Assembly (NCBI GenBank): GCA_964422585.1
Contig: CAYRBH010000003.1
Span: 11,397-75,396, forward strand
DNA length: 64,000 nucleotides
Direction of reading: 5' to 3'
DNA from: an uncultured Gammaproteobacteria bacterium
GTDB taxonomy: Bacteria; Patescibacteriota; Patescibacteriia; UBA1558; 2-01-FULL-52-15
Of this stretch, positions 1 to 9,160 are shown piece after piece. Within the stretch, counting starts at the first letter, position 1; the number at the start of each line of letters is the position of its first letter. A program made the translations under genes and the position numbers. Below the pieces are notes generated by a model. It had not been told where the DNA came from. It worked only from the letters and a program-made list of their open reading frames with translations, and ran no database searches.

Positions 1-1779
1 AGTTATCAAACATTGAATTTCAGTGGTAGCGGTACAAAGACCTGTGCGCTTGTCGGCGGCACGAATAGCGTCCAAGACGTGAACATTTCAGGTACAGCCA
101 ACTGGACCTTGTCTGCAGCGACGACCATCTCGGGCAACCTCTCCATCGGTACCGGCTCTACGCTTACCAAGAACGCCGCGAACGCTATCACGGTGACTGG
201 CACTACGTCAGTGACAGGGACTTTGACCGCGACGACTGTCACCACTGGATCGCTCACCTTTATCGGAGGAGTCACGGTGAATAGCGGCGGTACCTGGACG
301 TTCTCAGTGGCTATGCCGGCTACGTTCCGTGGAGGGCTCGCGAATAATAGCTCGAATACCTTTACGAGCGGTTCTGGCACCTATACTTTTGATACGAATG
401 CGCAGAGCCTCGGTGGCAGCAATGCATTCACGATCACTGCACTGACGAATAATGTTACTTCAGGCACGGGCTTGAGTATCACCAGTACTGCGCCGACGGT
501 CACGACACTGACACAAGGCAGTAGTGCACAGTTGACATTCAGCGGCAGCATGCCGACTATCACGACATTAACTGCGACGGCATCAGGTAATACGGTGAGT
601 TATACGAATACTTCAGCAGGTCAAACGGTGATCGGCACGACCTATGTTAATCTGACTATCGATGATTCTGGGCAAACCGCAACACTGGGGAATAGTACTA
701 CCATCAATGGTAATCTGCTTATCAATTCCGGTACGCTTGATGTATCCAGCAGTTCAAATTTTCCACTCGTCGTGAAAGGCAACTGGACCAATAATGGAAC
801 CTTCAACGCGGAAAATGGTTTAGTAACCTTGAGCGGCGCTGCGCAGCAGACCTTGTCCGGAACAATGACCAGCAGTTCCGCGTTCTATGACCTCAGCATT
901 ACAAATGTCAGTGGAACCAATGATCCTGGCTGCGGCACGTCATTTACGCCAGGTGTTATTTTTGCGACTGACGCAACATCCACGCATATCTATACTATTA
1001 CGACGGCATCGGTCTTTATACAGTATCATTCAGGATCAACGTACACGTTTACGAATATCAATTGGAACGGTCAAGCCTCGGGAACGAAAGTGTATTTTAG
1101 AAATTCGAGCCTCTCATCAGGTACCTGGCTTCTGAATGTGTCTGGTACGCAAACCTCGGTCGCCTATGTGAACGTTGCCAGGTCAGATGCTACTCCTGGT
1201 AATGATATTCTATCCGACAATAATCTGAACACTGATTGTAACAATAATACTGCCTGGAGCTGGCCATCAGGAGCTTTCAGTCTCACCGCCTCTACTACTA
1301 ATAGTTTCGATGCGGCTTTGAATGTCCTGTTCACCAGCCAAACGTCAACCATGACCAGCATAGGCGCTTTAGAGGTCGTGGATGATCGTAACACATCACC
1401 AGGCTGGACTCTAGCCATTGCTGGTCAGGACTGGGCGCAGTTAAATTTTGGTGGCGCTGGTGAACATCCTAATCAACTCGACTATAATGGTTCTGGTTCT
1501 GATGGAAATTTGGGCAAGATGTGCCCGAAGCCGAACAATGGGACCTTGTACGCAGAATTTGGTCCGCTCACTGGTGTGAATAAAGGTACTAATCAATGCT
1601 TCAGTGCCGGTGTGAGCTCTATTACGGTGCTGAGCGCCACAGTTGGGAATGGTCATGGTCGGTACTGGCTGACCGATATGCCGGCAGAGCAATTCTTCCC
1701 GTCGAGTCCCACGGCTGAGAGCTATACAACGACCATTACCTTTACCCTGAGCGCTCTTTTCAGGGCATTTTCGGTCTGA
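1..1779 (+). CDS. Large Thr/Ser/Gly/Asn-rich repeat surface protein, beta-helix/adhesin-like, 5'-partial (reading frame open to window start)
   Basis: ORF 13..1779 has no in-frame stop back to position 1. Degenerate repeats of the type GTxTFxxN / NLSIGTGSTLT / GTLDVSS suggest a beta-helical adhesin-like fold. No TM at the C-terminus. Confidence 0.45.
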   Translation, partial: SYQTLNFSGSGTKTCALVGGTNSVQDVNISGTANWTLSAATTISGNLSIGTGSTLTKNAANAITVTGTTSVTGTLTATTVTTGSLTFIGGVTVNSGGTWTFSVAMPATFRGGLANNSSNTFTSGSGTYTFDTNAQSLGGSNAFTITALTNNVTSGTGLSITSTAPTVTTLTQGSSAQLTFSGSMPTITTLTATASGNTVSYTNTSAGQTVIGTTYVNLTIDDSGQTATLGNSTTINGNLLINSGTLDVSSSSNFPLVVKGNWTNNGTFNAENGLVTLSGAAQQTLSGTMTSSSAFYDLSITNVSGTNDPGCGTSFTPGVIFATDATSTHIYTITTASVFIQYHSGSTYTFTNINWNGQASGTKVYFRNSSLSSGTWLLNVSGTQTSVAYVNVARSDATPGNDILSDNNLNTDCNNNTAWSWPSGAFSLTASTTNSFDAALNVLFTSQTSTMTSIGALEVVDDRNTSPGWTLAIAGQDWAQLNFGGAGEHPNQLDYNGSGSDGNLGKMCPKPNNGTLYAEFGPLTGVNKGTNQCFSAGVSSITVLSATVGNGHGRYWLTDMPAEQFFPSSPTAESYTTTITFTLSALFRAFSV

Positions 1780-1821
1780 GTAGTTCTTAAACGAGCCGAA
1801 AAGCGCTATACTATAGGCACT

Positions 1822-3048
1822 ATGCAGCAGCCTTCGCCGCAGCATCAGCGGAAAAAGCGTTTTCATACCTTGTTATTCAGAGGTTCGCTTTTCGTTATGC
1901 TGCTCAGCACCGCTGGACTACTTTTTTTCATGAATGTGTCTGACGCAGCCAATGCGAATATCAGCTTCTTCTTGCGTATTGGTGATCCACCGGCAGTTAT
2001 TGAATCGCATCCACCAGTGCCTATTCTCGGTGGTGGCGAGACGGAGGGCGGCAGACTTGCCTATTTGGTACAACCTACTACTCCTACGCCACCGAGCGAT
2101 ATTCCGCCAACCCTGTCACCAGCAGAGGTGACTATCAATTTGGTTTCAGACGGCGCCGTGCCTGATGGCGGATCGGTGTCGCGCGATACCGCGCAGAGCG
2201 CGATACCGCAGATAACCATTGTGCGTCCGACATTCAGAGGCACAGTCGGTGTTGCTGGCGCATTGCTATTCCTTGAGTTGCATTCAACTACGATTACAGC
2301 AAGCTTCAATGCTGGCGAAGACGGATCATGGGATTGGACGCCGCCGCGCGACCTCGATCCTGGCTCGCACATTTTGTATATAACGGTATTTGATCCAACT
2401 GGTAAGGTAAAGATAGGTAGTGGATCGTTGCAATTCGATATCATCTCACCAGTGGCGAAAGGAACTTCACAGCCAACAAATACGCAGCAATCTCGTACTG
2501 ATGTTGCTATTCCGCCCTCACTCGTGGCTCAGCGTAAGGTATTGTTTGATATTCGAGTCAATGTATTAGGTACTACTTCTAAAAGCGTACAGCCTGGTGA
2601 TAGTATCCTTGCTCAGGTTTCATTGCTGAACATCGGATCGCCTGGTTACATTGTGGACGCCCTCGTTCATTATCAGATAATCAATGATGCTAGTAATAGA
2701 GTGTTGTATGAGGAATCGGAAACCATCGGCGTTTCGACGCAGACGTCCTATCTGAAGAGTTTCAGCACGAAATCAACGATACCTCCTGGTAAGTATCGGC
2801 TCGAAGCGAGTGTCACCTATGGCGATACGGAGGCATATTCGGATGATCAGTTCACTATCTCGGGGGTTCCGGTTATTGCAACGACGAGTCATACAGATAT
2901 GAATGTTTCCACATTCGTCGAAGTACTCGTCATTGTCTTGGCGATAGCGCTTCTGATCATGTATACCGAGTACCATACGATGGATGTGCTGCAGGGAGTG
3001 CTGCGACAGGTCAGTGAGAAGGATCTCAAAAAGAACGGTTTGATATAA
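1822..3048 (+). CDS. Surface/secreted protein (paralog A): N-terminal signal/TM, Thr/Pro-rich region, Ig-like (PGKYRLE) domain, C-terminal TM helix and short conserved cytoplasmic tail (MYTEYH...)
   Basis: N-terminal hydrophobic segment LFVMLLSTAGLLFF. C-terminal hydrophobic VLVIVLAIALLIMYTEYH followed by a charged tail. Shares C-terminal domain and tail with ORF 3416..5098. Confidence 0.5.
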   Translation: MQQPSPQHQRKKRFHTLLFRGSLFVMLLSTAGLLFFMNVSDAANANISFFLRIGDPPAVIESHPPVPILGGGETEGGRLAYLVQPTTPTPPSDIPPTLSPAEVTINLVSDGAVPDGGSVSRDTAQSAIPQITIVRPTFRGTVGVAGALLFLELHSTTITASFNAGEDGSWDWTPPRDLDPGSHILYITVFDPTGKVKIGSGSLQFDIISPVAKGTSQPTNTQQSRTDVAIPPSLVAQRKVLFDIRVNVLGTTSKSVQPGDSILAQVSLLNIGSPGYIVDALVHYQIINDASNRVLYEESETIGVSTQTSYLKSFSTKSTIPPGKYRLEASVTYGDTEAYSDDQFTISGVPVIATTSHTDMNVSTFVEVLVIVLAIALLIMYTEYHTMDVLQGVLRQVSEKDLKKNGLI

Positions 3049-3063
3049 TTAATAGACTCGTCT

Positions 3064-3378
3064 ATGGACACATCGATCACATTTATCAGCCCGGGGCTCA
3101 TCTATGAGCTTGCGGCATTCGGTCTTTCCATCATCGTGCTCATTATGTATGTGCGCATTATCGTGCGCGTTGAGGGGCAGCTCGATACGTATTTCAAAGT
3201 CTCTGCGCTCGCATTCTTTTTTCTGACCATCCGACAGCTTGTCGTGGTAGCGATCCGTGTTGGTATTATACAGCAGGTGGAATGGGTCTCATTACCCAGT
3301 GTACTATTCCTGGTCACTATCATCATCTCGCTGTTTATCATGGGTAAGTTATTGAACTCGATGAATCGCCAGAAATAG
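3064..3378 (+). CDS. Small 3-TM membrane protein (paralog a) partnered with the upstream surface protein
   Basis: 104 aa with three hydrophobic segments. Segment EGQLDTYFKVSALAFFFLTIRQL aligns with EQRLDASYKFFTLALLFFGLQL of ORF 5110..5454. Confidence 0.45.
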   Translation: MDTSITFISPGLIYELAAFGLSIIVLIMYVRIIVRVEGQLDTYFKVSALAFFFLTIRQLVVVAIRVGIIQQVEWVSLPSVLFLVTIIISLFIMGKLLNSMNRQK

Positions 3379-3415
3379 AAGGTTACTGTTATTCTGACAC
3401 TTCTTCTTTACACGG

Positions 3416-5098
3416 ATGCCAGCGTTACAACAACAGCATAGGAGAACAAGCACCCTGACCAGGCGTTTTCGTATCATGAGGAGCTACGCATATTTGTGCG
3501 GAGTGCTTTTGGTTGTGCTCAGCATTGCGTATGTGTTCATGTTTGGAGTACATCATAGTAGGGCAGCAGAGACATTGGCATGCATGCGTATTTGCGAGAT
3601 GGGAGTGAGCCCTTGTCTCCCGACATCCTGCGCTCTAGCGCCAACGGTCATCACATCCCTGGCTACGCTCATTACTACATCGAGCGCGCTGGGGCATGGC
3701 ACAGTGCTGAGCGATGGGGGTGGTGCTATCATTGAGCGCGGCATTGTCGTGGCCACTACGACCGATCCGACGGTGAATGACCATGCTTTCGCGGCTACGA
3801 CAACGAGCACGGGCCCCTTCTCGGTATCCATCACGGGATTATCGCAGGCTACGAACTACTTCGCCCGAGCGTATGCTACCAATGTGGCGGCTACAGGCTA
3901 TGGAACGACAACTAGCTTTACAACACTGGGGGAAGGAACACCAACACCCCCGCCAGCGGTACCGCCTGCGCAGACTAGTGGTGGCGGGGGAGGGGGAACG
4001 ACTCCGCCAAGCACGCCGCAGTCTCCGTCAGAGCCCACGCCTCTACCTCCTGCGCTGCCAAACACCAGTACAGCAGATAATAGCCCGCTCGTCGTGACAC
4101 CCGAGCAGTCTGGAATGCTGACCGCGGATACTCCAGCAGGGAAGGTCTTTGTTGAAGTTCCGCCAAACGCAGTACTCAGCGATACCACATTTACCGTTAT
4201 TCCTAATCCATCAAGCGATACGACCGCGTATCTGGTGCCGGCGACGACGCAGCTGGTCAACGAAGTCTTCTATGATATTTCGGCTCAGGATGCATATGGT
4301 AATGCGATCCACTCCTTCGCTCATCCGATTACCATCACCTTGCCAATCCCAGCGGGGCTTATTCAGTCGAAGAACTTGCGGGTCTACTGGCTTGATACAG
4401 CGAATGCCAAGTGGGTGCTTATCCCAGAGGCAACTTTTTCTGGCGCACAGGCTCGTTTCATCGTGGATCACTTGACTGTCTTCGCCATTTTTGAAACAGC
4501 TCGCCCTGCTGCAAGCATTCCAGTGGCTGTACCGCCTAAATCTCCTATCATCGGCGGAGTACAGCAGTCCCGACACGGGGCCGAGCATACCTATGCGGTC
4601 GATTTTAATATACTGAACTCACCTGAGGCTATAAGCCGTGATGGCTACATAAATCTGAAGACCGATATCGTCAGTCCAGTGCCTGGTAGAGCCGAGCAGG
4701 TCCATCTTACCTATACGATCTATGATATGCATGGTCTAACTGTTTTTTCGCAAGAGAAGGATGTGTTCGTCAAAGACGCGGCTACTGATTATAGCCGAGC
4801 GATGTTGAAGAATGACTTGCCGGCAGGCAGCTATAGGCTCGAGGTACAGCTTTCTCAGGGCGACCATACGGTGGTTAGTATCAAGGATTTCGAGGTGCGC
4901 TCACCGAAAGTACTCACCATACCGGTAGCAGCTATTACGCTGCAGGCTTCTCGGGCCACGATGCAGGGAGGGATTGGTACGCTCTCCCTCGCGCTAGCAT
5001 CGCTGCTCTTTTTCATGTATTGTGAATACCAAGCATCAAAGCGGGCAGCAGGACAGATCGACGATGCTGACCTTTTGCGAAGCGGCATGATCAGTTAA
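3416..5098 (+). CDS. Surface/secreted protein (paralog B): N-terminal TM, Pro/Thr-rich linker with poly-Gly, Ig-like (AGSYRLE) domain, C-terminal TM and conserved cytoplasmic tail (MYCEYQ...)
   Basis: Internal start possible at 3476 (MRSYAYLCGVLLVVL). Linker PTPPPAVPPAQTSGGGGGGTTPPSTPQSP. C-terminus LSLALASLLFFMYCEYQASKRAAGQIDDADLLRSGMIS parallels the paralog A tail. Confidence 0.5.
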   Translation: MPALQQQHRRTSTLTRRFRIMRSYAYLCGVLLVVLSIAYVFMFGVHHSRAAETLACMRICEMGVSPCLPTSCALAPTVITSLATLITTSSALGHGTVLSDGGGAIIERGIVVATTTDPTVNDHAFAATTTSTGPFSVSITGLSQATNYFARAYATNVAATGYGTTTSFTTLGEGTPTPPPAVPPAQTSGGGGGGTTPPSTPQSPSEPTPLPPALPNTSTADNSPLVVTPEQSGMLTADTPAGKVFVEVPPNAVLSDTTFTVIPNPSSDTTAYLVPATTQLVNEVFYDISAQDAYGNAIHSFAHPITITLPIPAGLIQSKNLRVYWLDTANAKWVLIPEATFSGAQARFIVDHLTVFAIFETARPAASIPVAVPPKSPIIGGVQQSRHGAEHTYAVDFNILNSPEAISRDGYINLKTDIVSPVPGRAEQVHLTYTIYDMHGLTVFSQEKDVFVKDAATDYSRAMLKNDLPAGSYRLEVQLSQGDHTVVSIKDFEVRSPKVLTIPVAAITLQASRATMQGGIGTLSLALASLLFFMYCEYQASKRAAGQIDDADLLRSGMIS

Positions 5099-5109
5099 GG
5101 AGGATTAGT

Positions 5110-5454
5110 ATGCGACAAACCATTGAACAATGCATTCTCTACAGCTCATTTATCTTCGTGCTGATAAGTATCGTATTCAGCAGCAGCATCGTATGGCGCT
5201 CTGAGCAACGGCTTGATGCGAGCTATAAGTTTTTCACCTTAGCGCTTCTATTCTTCGGTCTGCAACTCAGCCTTGATACCTTCACCGCTTTGTTGTCAGC
5301 TCAGGATCGCGAGACGGTACGCTTATTTTTACAATTCTTCTTTGCCTTTTTCTTACTCTTGGGTTTCTGGGAGATGCGCAGACTGGTTCGAGATCTCGAC
5401 GATGAGAAGCAGCTGCGAGCATTATCAAAAAAGACCCGAAAATCGCGTCAGTAG
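5110..5454 (+). CDS. Small 3-TM membrane protein (paralog b) partnered with the upstream surface protein
   Basis: 114 aa, three hydrophobic segments, basic C-terminal tail. Similar to ORF 3064..3378. Confidence 0.45.
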   Translation: MRQTIEQCILYSSFIFVLISIVFSSSIVWRSEQRLDASYKFFTLALLFFGLQLSLDTFTALLSAQDRETVRLFLQFFFAFFLLLGFWEMRRLVRDLDDEKQLRALSKKTRKSRQ

Positions 5455-5479
5455 AGCACAGTAACCCATAGGTAGTCCT

Positions 5480-7633
5480 CTAGTGGGTTGTAGTTCCCTG
5501 CATAGCCTTCAGCGCTTTGTCGCGGACGGCCTTCAAATCCGTTGATAGTTGCTGATACTGAGGATTATCAGGCACATGCGCGATAACTCGGTCCATGAAT
5601 GCAATGATAGCACCCAGGTCGCGCGCGTCAGTGTAGGCGCTCACGAGTTTATGGATATTGGCATCAGTGTATATGGGGAAACCGAGCGCCTCGACACGAT
5701 CGAGCTCAGTATTTGCTTGCGCTTGTTCATGGCTCAGGATATAGGCTATTGCGAGGTTCCAATGCGCTTCTGCGAATTGATCGTTGAGCTCCACGGCCTG
5801 GGTTAAATATTGAATGGCGGCTGGCAGGTCGTTCTCTTCCGCTTTGATACGCCCAAGCAAGGTATAGGTTTGGTAACGTCGTGGCGCGCGCGCGAGTGCC
5901 TCGAGGGCCACTGACTCAGCATTATGGATATAGTTTGGGTCAACGCTATCTGCCGCAAGGTAGACTTCCGAGAGAAGTAAGTAGGTCTGAATGCTGCTCG
6001 CATGCACATCGATGGTTTTTTGCAGCTCAGTAACCGCGAAGGTAATGAGCGGTTGTGTAGCAGGAGTGATCCCGTAGGTATTGATAGTATCTCGGGTATA
6101 CTGTGCGAGAATGAATCGCGGCTCCTCCTCAGTCGGCGGTGAGTATTCGAAGGCTTGGGAGAAATAGCTCTGCGCTTGGTCAGGCTTGCCTTTCGATCGG
6201 ATAGCAGCTTGTACGGTATAGTAATTGGCCAGGACCGGACGGATATTCGCATAGTACAATGCGAGCAGTAGTAGTACACTGAGCGCCGGCAGCACCACTT
6301 TCAAGCTCGGGGCGGCACGATGAGAGCGTTGTTGTTTCGCTGAACGAGGCTTATGATGCTGCAAGAAGACCAGAAGCAGTATCCATACGGCATAGGAGTT
6401 CAGTGTGTCGAAGACAAAGAGGTTCTGTATGAAATACGCTATGAAAAACCAGGTTAGGGCGTATCGCTCGCCTTGCGAAAGAGCAGTCTTCTTGCTCCAG
6501 AGCATGCCTATCGTTACATACCACAGGGCGAGGTAGATGAGCAGTCCTACTATGCCGGTCGCAACAGCTACTTCCAGTACTGTGTTGTGTGCGCGATCAT
6601 ACCATGGATGCGAGCCGATATCGCGAGTCAGGGCAGGATTAAAGTAGATATTGAATGGCTCGCTGAAATTCTCCCATCCCCAACCGAAGATAGGCCGTGC
6701 GAGGAATCCCTGTAGGCCTGCGCCCCAGACGATAAAGCGGTTCTGGGTGGTGATGTCATTGGCGGATATGCTCGCGAGACGTTCAAGCGTCGGCATCTTT
6801 GTCATCCATGAGGAGTACTTGAATGACTGCAACGCGATGACGGCGCCACTAGTGAGGAGAATGAGTAACAGCGCTCCCACGGCGGCTCCCTTGAGGCGAT
6901 AACGTTTCCAGAGCATGATAGCGCAGATAAGTATGGCTGCAAGGATTGAGCCAAGTATCGCGCCGCGCGTCTGCGTTTCCCAGATGAGCAGTAGATCCAG
7001 CGCTATCAGTAGGGAAGACAAGGTCCGCCACAGTTTCGATGTGCTACGTAGCAGGACGATGACAGCGCAGGTAATGATCGCCATGAGATAGGGAGCGAGG
7101 AAGCTCGGATTGCCGATGGCGCCGCTTACACGTGTACCCGAGGTATCTATCGCAAAGCCGAGATTAAAGAGTTCCCCTAAGGCATATGCTGTTTGGAGCG
7201 TTCCGGAGATGACCATTGCTTTGAATATTTCAGTCCAGTCATCTTGGTCCCGCACGGTGGTCAGCAGCAGGACAAGCCATCCATAGAGATGCAGCCAGGT
7301 AAGCACGCCTTCACCTCGTTCGAATGAGCTCCAGAAGCTATGATGCCAGTTCGCGCCGATCGCAGAACTGAACAGCATGGCCAGGATGAAAGCTCCGAGT
7401 ACGAGCAACAGCGGGGATCTCCGCGGGCGATAGTCTTTGTTGCGTATGGCAAGGATGACCCAGCAAAAGATGCCTATCTCGATCAGGATGCGGAAGAGTA
7501 TCGTTCGGGGGAAAACGAAGGGAAAGAGCAGCTGGTCAACGATCAAGAGCGGTATGAATAAGGAGAGCAAGACGCATCCTTTGATGATGCTGAGCAGTAC
7601 TTGCTCAACGCGAGAGTTCTTAAGCATGGACAT
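5480..7633 (-). CDS. O-antigen ligase (Wzy_C) family polytopic membrane protein fused to C-terminal TPR repeats
   Basis: About 10 TM helices. PIFGWGWENF motif typical of the Wzy_C/WaaL/PglL family. C-terminal half has TPR-like repeats (AEAHWNLAIAYIL, YLTQAVELN). Start trimmed to the internal MSMLKNS (7633), because the long form to 7771 would overlap the zwf start. Confidence 0.55.
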   Translation of the reverse strand: MSMLKNSRVEQVLLSIIKGCVLLSLFIPLLIVDQLLFPFVFPRTILFRILIEIGIFCWVILAIRNKDYRPRRSPLLLVLGAFILAMLFSSAIGANWHHSFWSSFERGEGVLTWLHLYGWLVLLLTTVRDQDDWTEIFKAMVISGTLQTAYALGELFNLGFAIDTSGTRVSGAIGNPSFLAPYLMAIITCAVIVLLRSTSKLWRTLSSLLIALDLLLIWETQTRGAILGSILAAILICAIMLWKRYRLKGAAVGALLLILLTSGAVIALQSFKYSSWMTKMPTLERLASISANDITTQNRFIVWGAGLQGFLARPIFGWGWENFSEPFNIYFNPALTRDIGSHPWYDRAHNTVLEVAVATGIVGLLIYLALWYVTIGMLWSKKTALSQGERYALTWFFIAYFIQNLFVFDTLNSYAVWILLLVFLQHHKPRSAKQQRSHRAAPSLKVVLPALSVLLLLALYYANIRPVLANYYTVQAAIRSKGKPDQAQSYFSQAFEYSPPTEEEPRFILAQYTRDTINTYGITPATQPLITFAVTELQKTIDVHASSIQTYLLLSEVYLAADSVDPNYIHNAESVALEALARAPRRYQTYTLLGRIKAEENDLPAAIQYLTQAVELNDQFAEAHWNLAIAYILSHEQAQANTELDRVEALGFPIYTDANIHKLVSAYTDARDLGAIIAFMDRVIAHVPDNPQYQQLSTDLKAVRDKALKAMQGTTTH

Positions 7634-7686
7634 AGTATAGCAGATGTATGCCGTTTTTACATCCGAATGAGCGAAACTATTTTTGT

Positions 7687-7715
7687 TTGAAGGTGCAGAG
7701 CAATAATGGTACAAT
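7687..7715 (+). promoter_or_regulatory. Putative sigma70-type promoter for the zwf operon (TTGAAG-N17-TACAAT with upstream TG)
   Basis: ttgaag 7687-7692, 17 nt spacer, tggTACAAT 7708-7715, start codon at 7723. Confidence 0.4.
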
Positions 7716-7722
7716 AGACTCC

Positions 7723-9156
7723 ATGCCAAAGAAGAAAAAAGCAGCAACTGCAGCGCTTCTCTTGCCAGCAACGGTCTATGTGGTGGTCGGTGCTACTGGA
7801 GATCTGATGCGACGCAAATTAGTGCCCGCGTTGTATCAATTACATGTTTCAGGGGTGCTGCCTGAGAAATTCGCTATTGTTGGATTTTCACGTAAAGATT
7901 TTACTGACGCGGCATTTCGCAAAGTAGTAAGAACGTTTTTGCCGCGATCCGCTCGTACATCCATTGATTCTTTTTTGAAACGCTTTCATTATCAGCAAGG
8001 TCAATTCGATGACCCACAAGCATACAAAAAGCTTCTGCAGCATGTCGAAGTGTTTGATCGGAAATGGAAAGTCTGCGGCAGCGCGCTCTTTCATCTCGCT
8101 ATTCCGCCAGTTCTCTATGGCATGGTACTTCAGAATATTGCCAGGTCAGGTTTAACCAAGCGCTGCAGTGATGCGGAAGGTTGGTCTAGGATTTTGATTG
8201 AGAAGCCTTTCGGGAAAGACGTGAAGAGCGCTGAAAGATTGGATGAAAAACTGGCCCGACTTTTCAAGGAAGAACAAATTTGCCGGGTAGATCACTATCT
8301 CGCGAAAGAAACTTTGCAGAATATCCTGACATTCCGATTCTCGAACGCGCTGTTCGAGCCAGTGTGGAACCGTGACTATATTGAGCGCGTTGACATTACA
8401 TTGCTTGAGAATGAAGGTATTGGCACTCGCGGACAATACTATGATGAGAATGGAGCTTTGCGTGATGTCGGGCAGAATCACTTACTGCAAATGTTGGCGC
8501 TCATTGCTATGGATCATCCTGGTAAGCTTGATAGCAAACAGATACGTGCCGCGCGCGCGAAGTTGCTACGCCACGTAAAGCCATTGTCATTCTACCCGCA
8601 CGGCTCGGTCAGCAGGGGTCAGTATGAAGGCTATACGAAAGAACTGCATGTAGCGCCTAACTCGAAGACTGAAACCTATTTCAAAGTTACAGCGCATATC
8701 ATTAATAAGCGATGGCGCGGTGTTCCCTTTTATCTCGAGAGCGGTAAGGCCTTGGCCTCGAAAAAAACAGAGATTGTCATTCACTTCAAGCAATCAGCGC
8801 CATGTTGGTGTATGAAAGCGCATGATGGGCATACGCATCAAAATAAATTAGTATTTAAAGTGCAGCCCAGCGAAGGTATCGCGATACGTTTCTGGGCGAA
8901 GAAGTCGGACTTGATAGGTGATATAGAGCCGCGTATGTTTGATTTCAACTACCGCAAAGGCTCAGGACCTCAGACTGATCCGTATGCGAAATTACTCTTT
9001 GACGCGATACGCGGTGATCAGACGCTTTTTTCTAGCACTGATGAGGTTATTGCTTCATGGCATGTCGTAACGCCGCTGTTGAAGGGTTGGCAGAAATTGC
9101 CGCTTTTGAAGTATGCTCAGGGTAGCAGAGGGCCGAAGCAATCATTAACACTATAG
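7723..9156 (+). CDS. zwf: Glucose-6-phosphate 1-dehydrogenase
   Basis: VVGATGDLMRRKLVPALYQL NADP-binding N-terminus and the RVDHYLAKE signature. ORF-track start 7648 trimmed to MPKKKK at 7723. Confidence 0.85.
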   Translation: MPKKKKAATAALLLPATVYVVVGATGDLMRRKLVPALYQLHVSGVLPEKFAIVGFSRKDFTDAAFRKVVRTFLPRSARTSIDSFLKRFHYQQGQFDDPQAYKKLLQHVEVFDRKWKVCGSALFHLAIPPVLYGMVLQNIARSGLTKRCSDAEGWSRILIEKPFGKDVKSAERLDEKLARLFKEEQICRVDHYLAKETLQNILTFRFSNALFEPVWNRDYIERVDITLLENEGIGTRGQYYDENGALRDVGQNHLLQMLALIAMDHPGKLDSKQIRAARAKLLRHVKPLSFYPHGSVSRGQYEGYTKELHVAPNSKTETYFKVTAHIINKRWRGVPFYLESGKALASKKTEIVIHFKQSAPCWCMKAHDGHTHQNKLVFKVQPSEGIAIRFWAKKSDLIGDIEPRMFDFNYRKGSGPQTDPYAKLLFDAIRGDQTLFSSTDEVIASWHVVTPLLKGWQKLPLLKYAQGSRGPKQSLTL

Positions 9157-9160
9157 TTAT

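Noticed and set aside
3898-4260. 120 aa minus-strand ORF with poly-Pro/Gly translation
   Set aside because: It is antisense to the Pro/Gly-rich linker of the surface protein, a mirror-image artefact of low-complexity coding DNA.
7648-7722. Long N-terminal extension of zwf in the ORF track
   Set aside because: It would overlap the divergent upstream gene. A canonical promoter (7687-7715) lies inside the extension. Zwf homologs begin near the GxxGDLA motif, so the start at 7723 is preferred.
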